Positions 20,444 through 29,131 of a stretch of DNA of 32,000 bases are shown here, piece by piece. Source of the DNA: Acholeplasma laidlawii PG-8A (GTDB taxonomy: Bacteria; Bacillota_I; Bacilli_A; Acholeplasmatales; Acholeplasmataceae). The DNA lies in NCBI RefSeq assembly GCF_000018785.1, contig NC_010163.1, positions 150,001 through 182,000 of the forward strand. The letters run 5' to 3'. Every line of letters begins with the position of its first letter. The first letter of the stretch is position 1. The position numbers were made by a program, and so were the translations under genes. Below the pieces are notes generated by a model. It had not been told where the DNA came from. It did not search any database and worked only from the letters and a program-made list of their open reading frames with translations.

Positions 20444-21151
20444 ATGAACACATATAAAATAGCAGATCTAATCATCAAAATGAATCCTAAACACGATCCA
20501 CTATTAAGTCAAGCTAAAGCTTACTTAATAAATACGAGAGAATTAGTCGATTTTGTAATCCCTGATTTAACAAAGGATGTTTTAGCATATCATAATGATA
20601 ATCAAGATTTAACAATCGGAGACTGTGAATACATTATGTATGCTTCTTATTTTTATACTAAGCTGATAGAATATAATGGTATATACTTACATGCGTCAGC
20701 TGTAGTTAAAGATGGTTTTTGTTATATGTTCTCTGCACCAAGTGGTACAGGAAAATCAACACATACTAATCTATGGCTTAAGAATATAAAAGATTCACTT
20801 ATTTTAAATGATGATAAACCCGCAATTAGAATATTTGACGATACTATTTATGCTTATGGTACTCCATTTTCTGGCAAACATGATTTAAGTATCAACCAAA
20901 AATACCCTTTAAAGGGTATATCATTTATATATAGAGATTCTAAAAATACCATCACTAAAATCAATCCAAATGAGTCATTATCTTTAATGATGGCACAAAC
21001 AGTTAGATCTAAACAAGAAAAATATTTAGTTAAAACACTATCTATGCTAGAAACTATCTTAACTAAAACACCAATATATAAAATGGGTTGTACAATATCC
21101 AAAGAAGCCGCATTAATGTCGTATAACACTATGAAAGGGCAGACACTATGA
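20444..21151 (+). CDS. HprK/PEPCK-superfamily-like P-loop kinase
   Basis: Walker A in FSAPSGTGKSTHTNLW, then LNDDKPAI, YAYGTPFSGKHDLSINQKYPLKGISFI. This layout is found in HprK-like kinases of RiPP-like loci. Confidence 0.75.
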   Translation: MNTYKIADLIIKMNPKHDPLLSQAKAYLINTRELVDFVIPDLTKDVLAYHNDNQDLTIGDCEYIMYASYFYTKLIEYNGIYLHASAVVKDGFCYMFSAPSGTGKSTHTNLWLKNIKDSLILNDDKPAIRIFDDTIYAYGTPFSGKHDLSINQKYPLKGISFIYRDSKNTITKINPNESLSLMMAQTVRSKQEKYLVKTLSMLETILTKTPIYKMGCTISKEAALMSYNTMKGQTL

Positions 21152-23868
21152 AGATCAAAAAAACAATAATTATCATACTAGTATGTTTAACCACTATACT
21201 ATTATCAGGATTTACAAAGCCAAATTCAAATGATATAAAATCATTTGAATTTGAGTTTGAAACCAATCAAAAATTAAGAGCAGTCTGGGTTACACCAATT
21301 GTAGGAGAAGTCTCTACATTTACAACTGAAACTGCCTTTAAAAATGAAATGAATCAGATGTTAGATATCTTAGAACATTACAAAATAAATGCACTTATCT
21401 TTCATGTTAGAACACATAACAATGCTTTATATGATTCAGAATTAAATCCTAAAGCAACCGTTTTTGGTAGTGTTAATTTTAATAATTTTGACCCTTTATT
21501 ATGGCTAGTTAATGAAACTCAAAGCCGTGGTATTGAGTTTCATGCATGGCTAAATCCTTATAGAGTGGGAACTAATTATGTAGGCACAATGCCTGCAGAA
21601 AACCCCGCATCAAATGCTAGTAACATATTAAGTAATCCATCGAATTCGGCACTTAAGATATTAAACCCTGGAGAACCTGTTGTACGTGATTTTATAGTTG
21701 ATACTGTAATAGAAATTATTGAAAAGTACCCTGTAGATGCAATCCATTTTGATGATTACTTTTACACTAATTTAGGGGCTAACGGAGCACTTTCTGGTGC
21801 AACCACCATTCTAGATGAACCCGATCAGCAAACATATGTAACTTATGGTAGTGGATTTAATACAACGAGTGCTACTGATAAAGCAAATTGGCGTAGACAC
21901 CAAGTTAATACCATGGTTCAGGCCGTATCTAATGCGATAAAAAATTATAACCAGTTAAATGGTAAGCATATACAATTTGGTATATCACCTACGGGGATAT
22001 ACAAAAATGGGAATGGTGTAGTAACTTATGATGAGTTTGGTAAACCAGTTACAACAGGATCTCTTACTACTGGTCAAACACATTATAGTTCTTATCTATT
22101 TTCAGACTCGCTTCACTGGATAAAAGAAGGCTGGTTAGATTATATTGCCCCACAAAGCTATTGGGCAACAAATCACAGTGCAGCATCCTACTATAATGTA
22201 ATGGGCTGGTGGGAAAAAGTAGTTAAATATTTGGACGTTAATCTCTATTCTGGTATTGGTCTATATATGGCAGATGAATCGACAAATACCTTTAACTGGA
22301 AAGATGATATGTTAGAGATGCGTACTCAATTAGAATATTTAGAGACACTTAATGATGTAGATGGATTAAGTGTATACTCATATAAATATATTAGAAATCA
22401 CTATAACAATCAAAATTCTACTTCAGCAAATCAAATGGAAAATGCAGCTCACTTATGGCAAGATTATTTAGTTTTACCACCACTTAAAAGTATGGAACCC
22501 ATACTTTTAGATGGTGTATCTAATATCTTGCATGAAAATGGGGTATTAACCTTTGATAGACTGGATGGTGCCAAACAGTATTACATATATAGATCACAAA
22601 CTAGCCTAACATATAGCCAATCTGAAATTGTAGGTGTTGTTGGTAGAAGTAATGATTTAAGTTTATCTTATAATACAGGCGATATCCAAAATCAATATGT
22701 ATATGGGATTCGAGCACTATCCTATACAAATCATTTAGGTAGTACCACAGTAACTAATGATATTTCAATGATTGAGGGGGCATCGATTAGGCTTGCTACC
22801 GAATCAAGTGGACAAGGCTTAAGATTTTATGCAAATAAACCTCAATCTGTTTTAAGTGATACACATGGATTTTATATTGTTTATGGTGAGACCACAAGGC
22901 AAGATTTATTAGATGCAATAAACAATCCTATAAATAATGAAATTATAGTAAATCAAAAGAAGGTATTTAAAGTTGAAGTGCCTGATGTTGAAGTAGATGG
23001 AACGTATTCGGTAGTAATTACTGGTATACCAAGTATAGGATATACTCAAAAGATAAGTGTATATGCTTATTACACAAATAATCAACAAACCTATATATCT
23101 TCTAATGCCTCTATAAGATCACTACTTGAAGTAGCGGTTCGAATGGAAAATCTAGATCAGGGTGTTACTCAGAGCAAAGATATTATTAATGAGGTTAAAG
23201 ACTCAACAAAGCATATCGTAAGAAATGCTTTTAATGCATATGAAATTACTGGTATTTTTGAAACGAACCACAATCTAATAAAAGCAGAATTTATTAAAGA
23301 TTGGAACACTTTATTTCAAACTAACTGGACAGAACTAAATGCACAAGACTTTTATAACCATGCAATTGTAGGTAAACTATCTGGTGCTGAAACGCTTGCT
23401 GGTAGTAGATTATATCAGTTCTTTAATCACACAAATTATCAATTAAAATGGGCATGGTTATTAGATTATCTACTAAGTATTGATGGTACTGTTTGGACTT
23501 CAAGACAAATAGAAGCTATTAAACTAGATGGTACATTTGAGTCATACACTAATTTATATAGTGGTAATCATCTGATTTATTCTATCTATAATTTCTTTTA
23601 TGAATCACATGTGGTAGGTGGATATACTGCAATTAATTTCGTTACTAATAAGCAATTTTATGATACAGTAGTTAATTTTAGTAATAGTATCTATTTAAAA
23701 CTAGATAACTATGATTTCTTAAGTGTAGGTCAATCAATTAAACTTCCTAATCCACCGGCTGATTTATCAGCAAACTTTTCACATTACCTGATTGGGTCCA
23801 CAACATATTATCCAGGGGATAACTATGTTGTTACAAGTAATACAAAAATTAAATTTATGTATCAGTAA
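21148..23868 (+). CDS. Surface GHL10-type glycoside hydrolase-like protein (PF02638/YngK-like) with C-terminal GASIR module
   Basis: Hydrophobic N-terminal signal (lacks an obvious lipobox Cys). KLRAVWVTP...FHVRTHNNALYDSEL...IEFHAWLNPYR...VDAIHFDDYFY...HIQFGISPTGIYKNG. Fn3-like region, then MIEGASIRLATESSGQGLRFYA. Overlaps the upstream kinase gene by 4 nt. Confidence 0.88.
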   Translation: MKIKKTIIIILVCLTTILLSGFTKPNSNDIKSFEFEFETNQKLRAVWVTPIVGEVSTFTTETAFKNEMNQMLDILEHYKINALIFHVRTHNNALYDSELNPKATVFGSVNFNNFDPLLWLVNETQSRGIEFHAWLNPYRVGTNYVGTMPAENPASNASNILSNPSNSALKILNPGEPVVRDFIVDTVIEIIEKYPVDAIHFDDYFYTNLGANGALSGATTILDEPDQQTYVTYGSGFNTTSATDKANWRRHQVNTMVQAVSNAIKNYNQLNGKHIQFGISPTGIYKNGNGVVTYDEFGKPVTTGSLTTGQTHYSSYLFSDSLHWIKEGWLDYIAPQSYWATNHSAASYYNVMGWWEKVVKYLDVNLYSGIGLYMADESTNTFNWKDDMLEMRTQLEYLETLNDVDGLSVYSYKYIRNHYNNQNSTSANQMENAAHLWQDYLVLPPLKSMEPILLDGVSNILHENGVLTFDRLDGAKQYYIYRSQTSLTYSQSEIVGVVGRSNDLSLSYNTGDIQNQYVYGIRALSYTNHLGSTTVTNDISMIEGASIRLATESSGQGLRFYANKPQSVLSDTHGFYIVYGETTRQDLLDAINNPINNEIIVNQKKVFKVEVPDVEVDGTYSVVITGIPSIGYTQKISVYAYYTNNQQTYISSNASIRSLLEVAVRMENLDQGVTQSKDIINEVKDSTKHIVRNAFNAYEITGIFETNHNLIKAEFIKDWNTLFQTNWTELNAQDFYNHAIVGKLSGAETLAGSRLYQFFNHTNYQLKWAWLLDYLLSIDGTVWTSRQIEAIKLDGTFESYTNLYSGNHLIYSIYNFFYESHVVGGYTAINFVTNKQFYDTVVNFSNSIYLKLDNYDFLSVGQSIKLPNPPADLSANFSHYLIGSTTYYPGDNYVVTSNTKIKFMYQ

Positions 23869-23876
23869 AATCACCG

Positions 23877-23916
23877 AAGGTATAGATGTAAAAAATAATA
23901 CATTTATACCTTTTTC
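23877..23916 (+). terminator. Rho-independent terminator
   Basis: aaggtatagatgta(23877-23890)/tacatttatacctt(23899-23912), 14-bp stem with one G-U pair, then TTTTT. Confidence 0.85.
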
Positions 23917-24000
23917 TAGTGATATGAAATTAGAAACTTTGAATTGTAAGTGATTTATTATAAAATAGTGTGTAAAAGCAAAACAACAAAGGAGTACACG

Positions 24001-25191
24001 ATGAAAAAAATATATACCCTATTCATATTGATATCAATACTACTTTTAAGTGGTTGTATCATATCAAATGATGATGAACCAAAAAGCTATGAAGTAGGTC
24101 TTGATGTACTATATGAACTAAATGATGAAGTCAGAGGTTTAGATATCATTGTTGATTTAACCATGGAATTTGATGTGAGTGAAGTGACTGACTTTTATGT
24201 CACACTATCATACATGGTAAATGCAACAACAGAAGATTTAGATTATAAGTTGCAATTACCAAGTGCTACAAAGGTAAACTTTTTTGAAGTCACTGGTAAT
24301 CAAGCAGTTCAAACCTTAGAAGAAGTTATATTTGATTATAAAGGTGATTATATAAGTGCATATGTAACTGTACAGTTTAAAAAAGGTATAACGAATCATG
24401 TATATGAACTAAAAAGTATAAAGTCAACGAACCTTTATGAACTTGCATTAGTATCAGAGGGTACATTTGCAACTGAAATTTTAGAATCATATGAACCAAG
24501 TGCTGAGTTTCCTGAACTAGAAATTAGTTTAACTGCTTCATTAAACAATGAATTTAGAGGTTTTGATTTAGCATCAGTTCTAACCTCTAATGAGACCTTA
24601 GAGAGTTTAGAAGTGACTTACGGGTTTATTTACATACTTAATGATGATGAAGCAATCTATTTAAACACACCCGAGGTTACAAATATTACCAAGGAAGAAG
24701 TTATAACACTTGATTTATTAACGAACTTTGATACAAATATTAAGAATACTACGTTAGATTATGAGCTAGATAGAGTTTATGCGAGATCTTTTGTTACTGT
24801 AACTAAATCAGATGAATCATATACATACTATTCAGAAATCATTAATTTTACGCTATATGAATTAGCACTAGAATCTACCGGTGCATTTGCTGAAGAAATC
24901 ATTACTGAAGTAGAATATCAAGAACCAGATCAAACAGTATTAACAATTGTAAGTATTAACGCAAATACTACAAACTATACAATTACTCTAGTAAGTGATC
25001 ATGCAACTGCAACCATCTCAACAGATTACTTAAAAGTCACAGTTGTAGTTACATTAGATACTGGGTATAGTTTTTCTAATAACCTTATCTTTAAGTTTAA
25101 TAATAAAGTAGTTAGTGTATCAAATTATACAATAGTTAATAACAAATTAACTTATATATTTAATGATCCGAACTGGTCAGGTATCTACTAA
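24001..25191 (+). CDS. Lipoprotein with internal tandem repeats
   Basis: AAAGGAG SD then MKKIYTLFILISILLLSGCIIS (lipobox LSGC). The track start at 23950 has no SD. Internally repeated 'LYELALxSxGxFAxEI' segments. Confidence 0.85.
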   Translation: MKKIYTLFILISILLLSGCIISNDDEPKSYEVGLDVLYELNDEVRGLDIIVDLTMEFDVSEVTDFYVTLSYMVNATTEDLDYKLQLPSATKVNFFEVTGNQAVQTLEEVIFDYKGDYISAYVTVQFKKGITNHVYELKSIKSTNLYELALVSEGTFATEILESYEPSAEFPELEISLTASLNNEFRGFDLASVLTSNETLESLEVTYGFIYILNDDEAIYLNTPEVTNITKEEVITLDLLTNFDTNIKNTTLDYELDRVYARSFVTVTKSDESYTYYSEIINFTLYELALESTGAFAEEIITEVEYQEPDQTVLTIVSINANTTNYTITLVSDHATATISTDYLKVTVVVTLDTGYSFSNNLIFKFNNKVVSVSNYTIVNNKLTYIFNDPNWSGIY

Positions 25192-27891
25192 TGAAAATAA
25201 TTAATATAAAAAAAATAGTAGGTGTACTTGTTATGCTATCTTTAACATTCATGGTATTTGCATCAGCTCCAAAACTTGCTGCAAATACGCCGGTTACCCC
25301 AAATAATACAAAACAAGAGTTTCGTGCAGCATGGGCATCACACCTAATTGGTAGTATGCCTGCATACACGTCAGAATCACAGTTTAAAGCACGTGCAACA
25401 GAAATCCTTGATATACTTGAGTACTATAACTTTAACGCCATTATTATGCACTTACGTACGCATAATAATGCATACTATGTATCTGAGTTAAGTCCTAAGG
25501 CTGCAGCGTTTGCAAATGTGAATTTCAATACCTTTGATCCAATGCTTTGGTTTATAGAAGAAACACATAAGCGTGGTATGGAATTTCACGGATGGTTAAA
25601 CCCATACCGATTAGGTACAAACTATGTAGGCACAATGCCGGCAGAAAACCCTGCAAGTAACCCAGCAAACATTTTAAGTTATAATGGTGCTTCCATCTTA
25701 AACCCTGGTTTACCACATGTAAGGGATTTTGTATCTGACACGATTGTAGAAATATTGGAAAGATATCCGGTAGACGCGATTCATTTTGATGATTATTTCT
25801 ACATCAATTTAGGTGCTAACGGATCAACTAGTGGTTCAAATAATATCTTAAATGAACCAGATCAACAAACATTTGTAACTTATGGCAGTGGATATAATAC
25901 AAGTAGTGCACCTTCCAAAGCAGACTGGCGAAGACATCAAGTAAATCTCATGGTTGAGTCTGTTTCAAACACCATTAAAAACTTTAATCAAGCAAACAAT
26001 ACCCATGTTCAATTTGGTATATCACCAACCGGTATCTATAAAAATGGTAATGGTGTTGTTACGTATGATGGAAATATACCTATAACTTCAGGATCTGATA
26101 CGGGTGGTCAAACACACTATTCAAGTTATTTATTTGCAGACTCAGTTAAATGGGCAACAGAAGGTTGGATAGACTATCTACTTCCCCAAAGTTATTGGGC
26201 AAACTCACATCCTATCGCAAGTTATAACAAAATTATGACTTGGTGGAATGATGTCTTTAAGTATTTAGATGTTAATCTTTATTCTGGTATTGGTATTTAT
26301 ATGGCAGATGGTACGGGTAATACCTACGGCTGGCAAACCAATAACAATGAAATGAAAAATCAATTAGAATTCATTAAAGGCTTGGAAAATGTTCAAGGAT
26401 CTAGTGTCTATAGTTATAACTTTGTAGATAGCGCATATAAAGGTAGTAGCGCAAAATCAGCCACTCAAATGCAAAATGCTAAAAGTACCTGGGGTGATAT
26501 TGCAGTCTTACCTGAGTTAAAGAGTATGGCTCAAATTATGCCCGGTAAAGTTACTAATTTAAAACATGTAAATGGTACCTTATCCTTTAATAAAGCAGTA
26601 GATGCTAAACAATATTATGTGTACCGTTCAAAAACTGCATTAAACTTTACGAATGCCGAAATTGTTGAAGTCATTCGTTCGAGTGATAACATAATAAATT
26701 ACCAGACAGGTGATTTAAATAATGAATATACCTATGCAGTACGCGCATTGTCATACTCTAATACATTAGGTGATGCAGTAACGATATTAAATCCGGCAAA
26801 TGATACAAGATTAAATGTTGTTGAAGGTGCATCGATTCGAACTGCACCAAATGAAACGAATCAATCACTTAGATTCTATGCTCAGTTTGACGATGTACTT
26901 GGTCAAACTGAACAAGGATTTTATATGTAGAAGGTGATGTATCGTTAGCTGAATAAAATCACGAGTCAACGTAGAAACAACCATTCAGTTTTCCATAAAT
27001 GGACAAAGTGTTGTTAAAGTACCTGTAAACGACGTAGATAATACGGGTAAATTTACAACGGTGATTAAAGATATAACGCCTGCTGATTTCAGTAAACTCT
27101 ATACAGTTTTCGGATACTATAAAAAAGGTGGTGTCATTACACTATCTAATAATAAAACAACAAGATCTGTATTAGAAGTGGCGTATAAGATGACCTATGC
27201 AGATCAGGCAACACCACGAATTGAAACGTATACCAATCAATTAAAACTATTTGGTGAAGACGCTTTTGGTCAACTAAGAGTTACAGATAAATATGAGACG
27301 AACCATATAGAACTAGCTAAGGCATTCTTAAAAGACTGGAATACCAAATTTGGTTTAAGTTTAACTCAAATTGATTTAGAATCATTTTATAGTAGTGCAG
27401 TCTATGGTAAGGTAGCTAGTAATAATAGTCTAAGTGGTAGTAGAATTTACGAGTTCTTTAAAGATCAAACTCTTAACTTAAAATGGGGCTGGCTACTAGA
27501 TTATATTGAGTCGGTGGATTCAAAAATTTGGCCATCTAGACAAATTGTAGCACTCAAAGGAAATGGTACAAATCCAGAGTACTCAAATATCTATGAAGGT
27601 AGACACTTTATTACCTCGCTAATTGGATTCTTCAATGGTACACATGCATATGATGGGTTTCCAACAAATGATTTTACAGATGTTACTATGTATGACAATC
27701 TAGCTGATTTTGTCGACAGCATACTGGCAAAACCAACAGCATACCAATACGTATATATAGGTGATGAAGTTAAATTACCTATTCAAAGTAACTCAAATTT
27801 TAGTCACTATCTCATGAATGGTCAAATATATCATGAAGGTGATACACTAATCATTGGAGATAATCTCGTTATTAAACTCGTATTTGATTAA
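25191..27891 (+). pseudogene. Frameshifted paralog of the 21148-23868 GHL10/GASIR protein
   Basis: Frame 1 part (25191-26930) carries a signal peptide, GHL10 and Fn3-like region and the start of the GASIR module, ending at TAG 26928. The remainder continues in another frame (27061-27891 ORF, open from about 26953). A bridging segment 'VEGDVSLAE' sits in the third frame. Confidence 0.8.
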
Positions 27892-27900
27892 CATTTTCAT

Positions 27901-27944
27901 ACCACCCATCCTTGAGTCTATTTAGATAAGGATGGGTGGTTTTT
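27901..27944 (+). terminator. Strong Rho-independent terminator
   Basis: accacccatcctt(27901-27913)/aaggatgggtggt(27928-27940) + TTTTT. Confidence 0.9.
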
Positions 27945-28011
27945 ATTAAGAGATATCCAACGATGTCTAAGGTAAATAATGTAAAAAAATAACAAATTAA
28001 ACATTAATAAG

Positions 28012-28040
28012 TTGACAATTATCTACCAAAAATATATAAT
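28012..28040 (+). promoter_or_regulatory. Promoter of the rpsL operon
   Basis: TTGACA 28012-28017, 17-nt spacer, TATAAT 28035-28040. Confidence 0.85.
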
Positions 28041-28151
28041 ATAACAGGTGTGAAACTTTTATCAGAATTCCACTTAACATCTTGGCTTCACAAGGCCAAA
28101 ATAACAATTATGAAACACATGGACATGTGTTTTAGGAAAGGAAATTAGAAT

Positions 28152-28577
28152 ATGCCTACCATATCTCAATTAGTTACAACTTCTCGTCAAGACAAGAATT
28201 ACAAATCTAAATCTCCAGCATTACATTATGGTTTTAACAGCCTTAAAAAAGAAGATTCAGAATATAATTCACCTCAAAAACGTGGTGTTTGTACTCGTGT
28301 TACTACAATGACACCTAAGAAACCTAACTCTGCATTACGTAAATATGCTCGTGTTAGATTATCAAACGGTACTGAAGTAACAGCTTATATCCCAGGTGTC
28401 GGTCACTCATTACAAGAACACTCCGTTGTACTTGTTCGTGGGGGACGTGTAAAAGACTTACCAGGTGTACGTTATCATATCGTACGTGGTGCTTTAGACG
28501 CGACTGGTGTTGCAAACCGCATGCAGGGTAGATCCAAATACGGTGCTAAGCGTCCAAAAGCCGCTAAGAAAAAGTAA
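28152..28577 (+). CDS. rpsL: 30S ribosomal protein S12
   Basis: [13 protein letters not shown]...[34 protein letters not shown]...[17 protein letters not shown]. Confidence 0.98.
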   Translation: MPTISQLVTTSRQDKNYKSKSPALHYGFNSLKKEDSEYNSPQKRGVCTRVTTMTPKKPNSALRKYARVRLSNGTEVTAYIPGVGHSLQEHSVVLVRGGRVKDLPGVRYHIVRGALDATGVANRMQGRSKYGAKRPKAAKKK

Positions 28578-28643
28578 TTCATAAATAAATTACAAACTAT
28601 AAAACTCACATTAAAAATCTAGTAAAGGAAGAAGGTGAACAAT

Positions 28644-29114
28644 ATGCCACGTAAAGGACATATCGTAAAACGTGATGTATTACCAGATCCGATTTACAAC
28701 TCCAAATTAATTACAAGAATCGTAAACACAATTATGGAAGATGGTAAAAAAGGAACTGCGCAAGGTATTTTATACGGTGCACTAAACCGTATTAAGGACC
28801 AAACAGGTCGTGAAGCTATTGATGTATTCAATGAAGCTTTAAACAATATCTCACCAATCTTAGAAGTTAGAGCACGCCGTATTGGGGGTCAAAACTATCA
28901 AGTACCAGTTGAGGTTAGACCTGAAAGACGTCAAGCACTTGCATTAAGATGGTTAGTTCAATATGCTAAGAAACGCAACGAGAAAACAATGGAAGAAAGA
29001 TTAGCAAAAGAAATTTTAGACGCTTCTCAGGGCACAGGTGCCGCTGTTAAGAAACGTGAAGAAGTACACAAGATGGCTGAAGCGAATAAAGCATTCGCTC
29101 ACTATCGCTGGTAA
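28644..29114 (+). CDS. rpsG: 30S ribosomal protein S7
   Basis: [37 protein letters not shown] is canonical S7. Start set at ATG 28644 rather than the track's GTG 28635. Confidence 0.97.
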   Translation: MPRKGHIVKRDVLPDPIYNSKLITRIVNTIMEDGKKGTAQGILYGALNRIKDQTGREAIDVFNEALNNISPILEVRARRIGGQNYQVPVEVRPERRQALALRWLVQYAKKRNEKTMEERLAKEILDASQGTGAAVKKREEVHKMAEANKAFAHYRW

Positions 29115-29131
29115 GAAGGGAAGTTAAAACT

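Noticed and set aside
20444-21151. Annotation as genuine HPr kinase/phosphorylase (hprK)
   Set aside because: It is shorter, lacks the usual N-terminal domain, and its motif spacing and 'YGTPFSGKHDLS' block fit RiPP-associated HprK-like kinases better.
26928-26956. Programmed frameshift or stop-codon readthrough to join 25191-26930 with 27061-27891
   Set aside because: Two successive shifts through all three frames would be needed, and no classic slippery heptamer or downstream structure was recognised. Mutation or sequencing error is simpler.
17950-27900. Mobile element, integron, CRISPR array or prophage in the accessory block
   Set aside because: No transposase or integrase, terminal repeats, regularly spaced repeats or phage genes were found. 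The block looks like duplicated surface genes.
28152-28577. Streptomycin-resistance substitution in rpsL
   Set aside because: The PKKPNSA and VKDLPG motifs carry the wild-type lysines.
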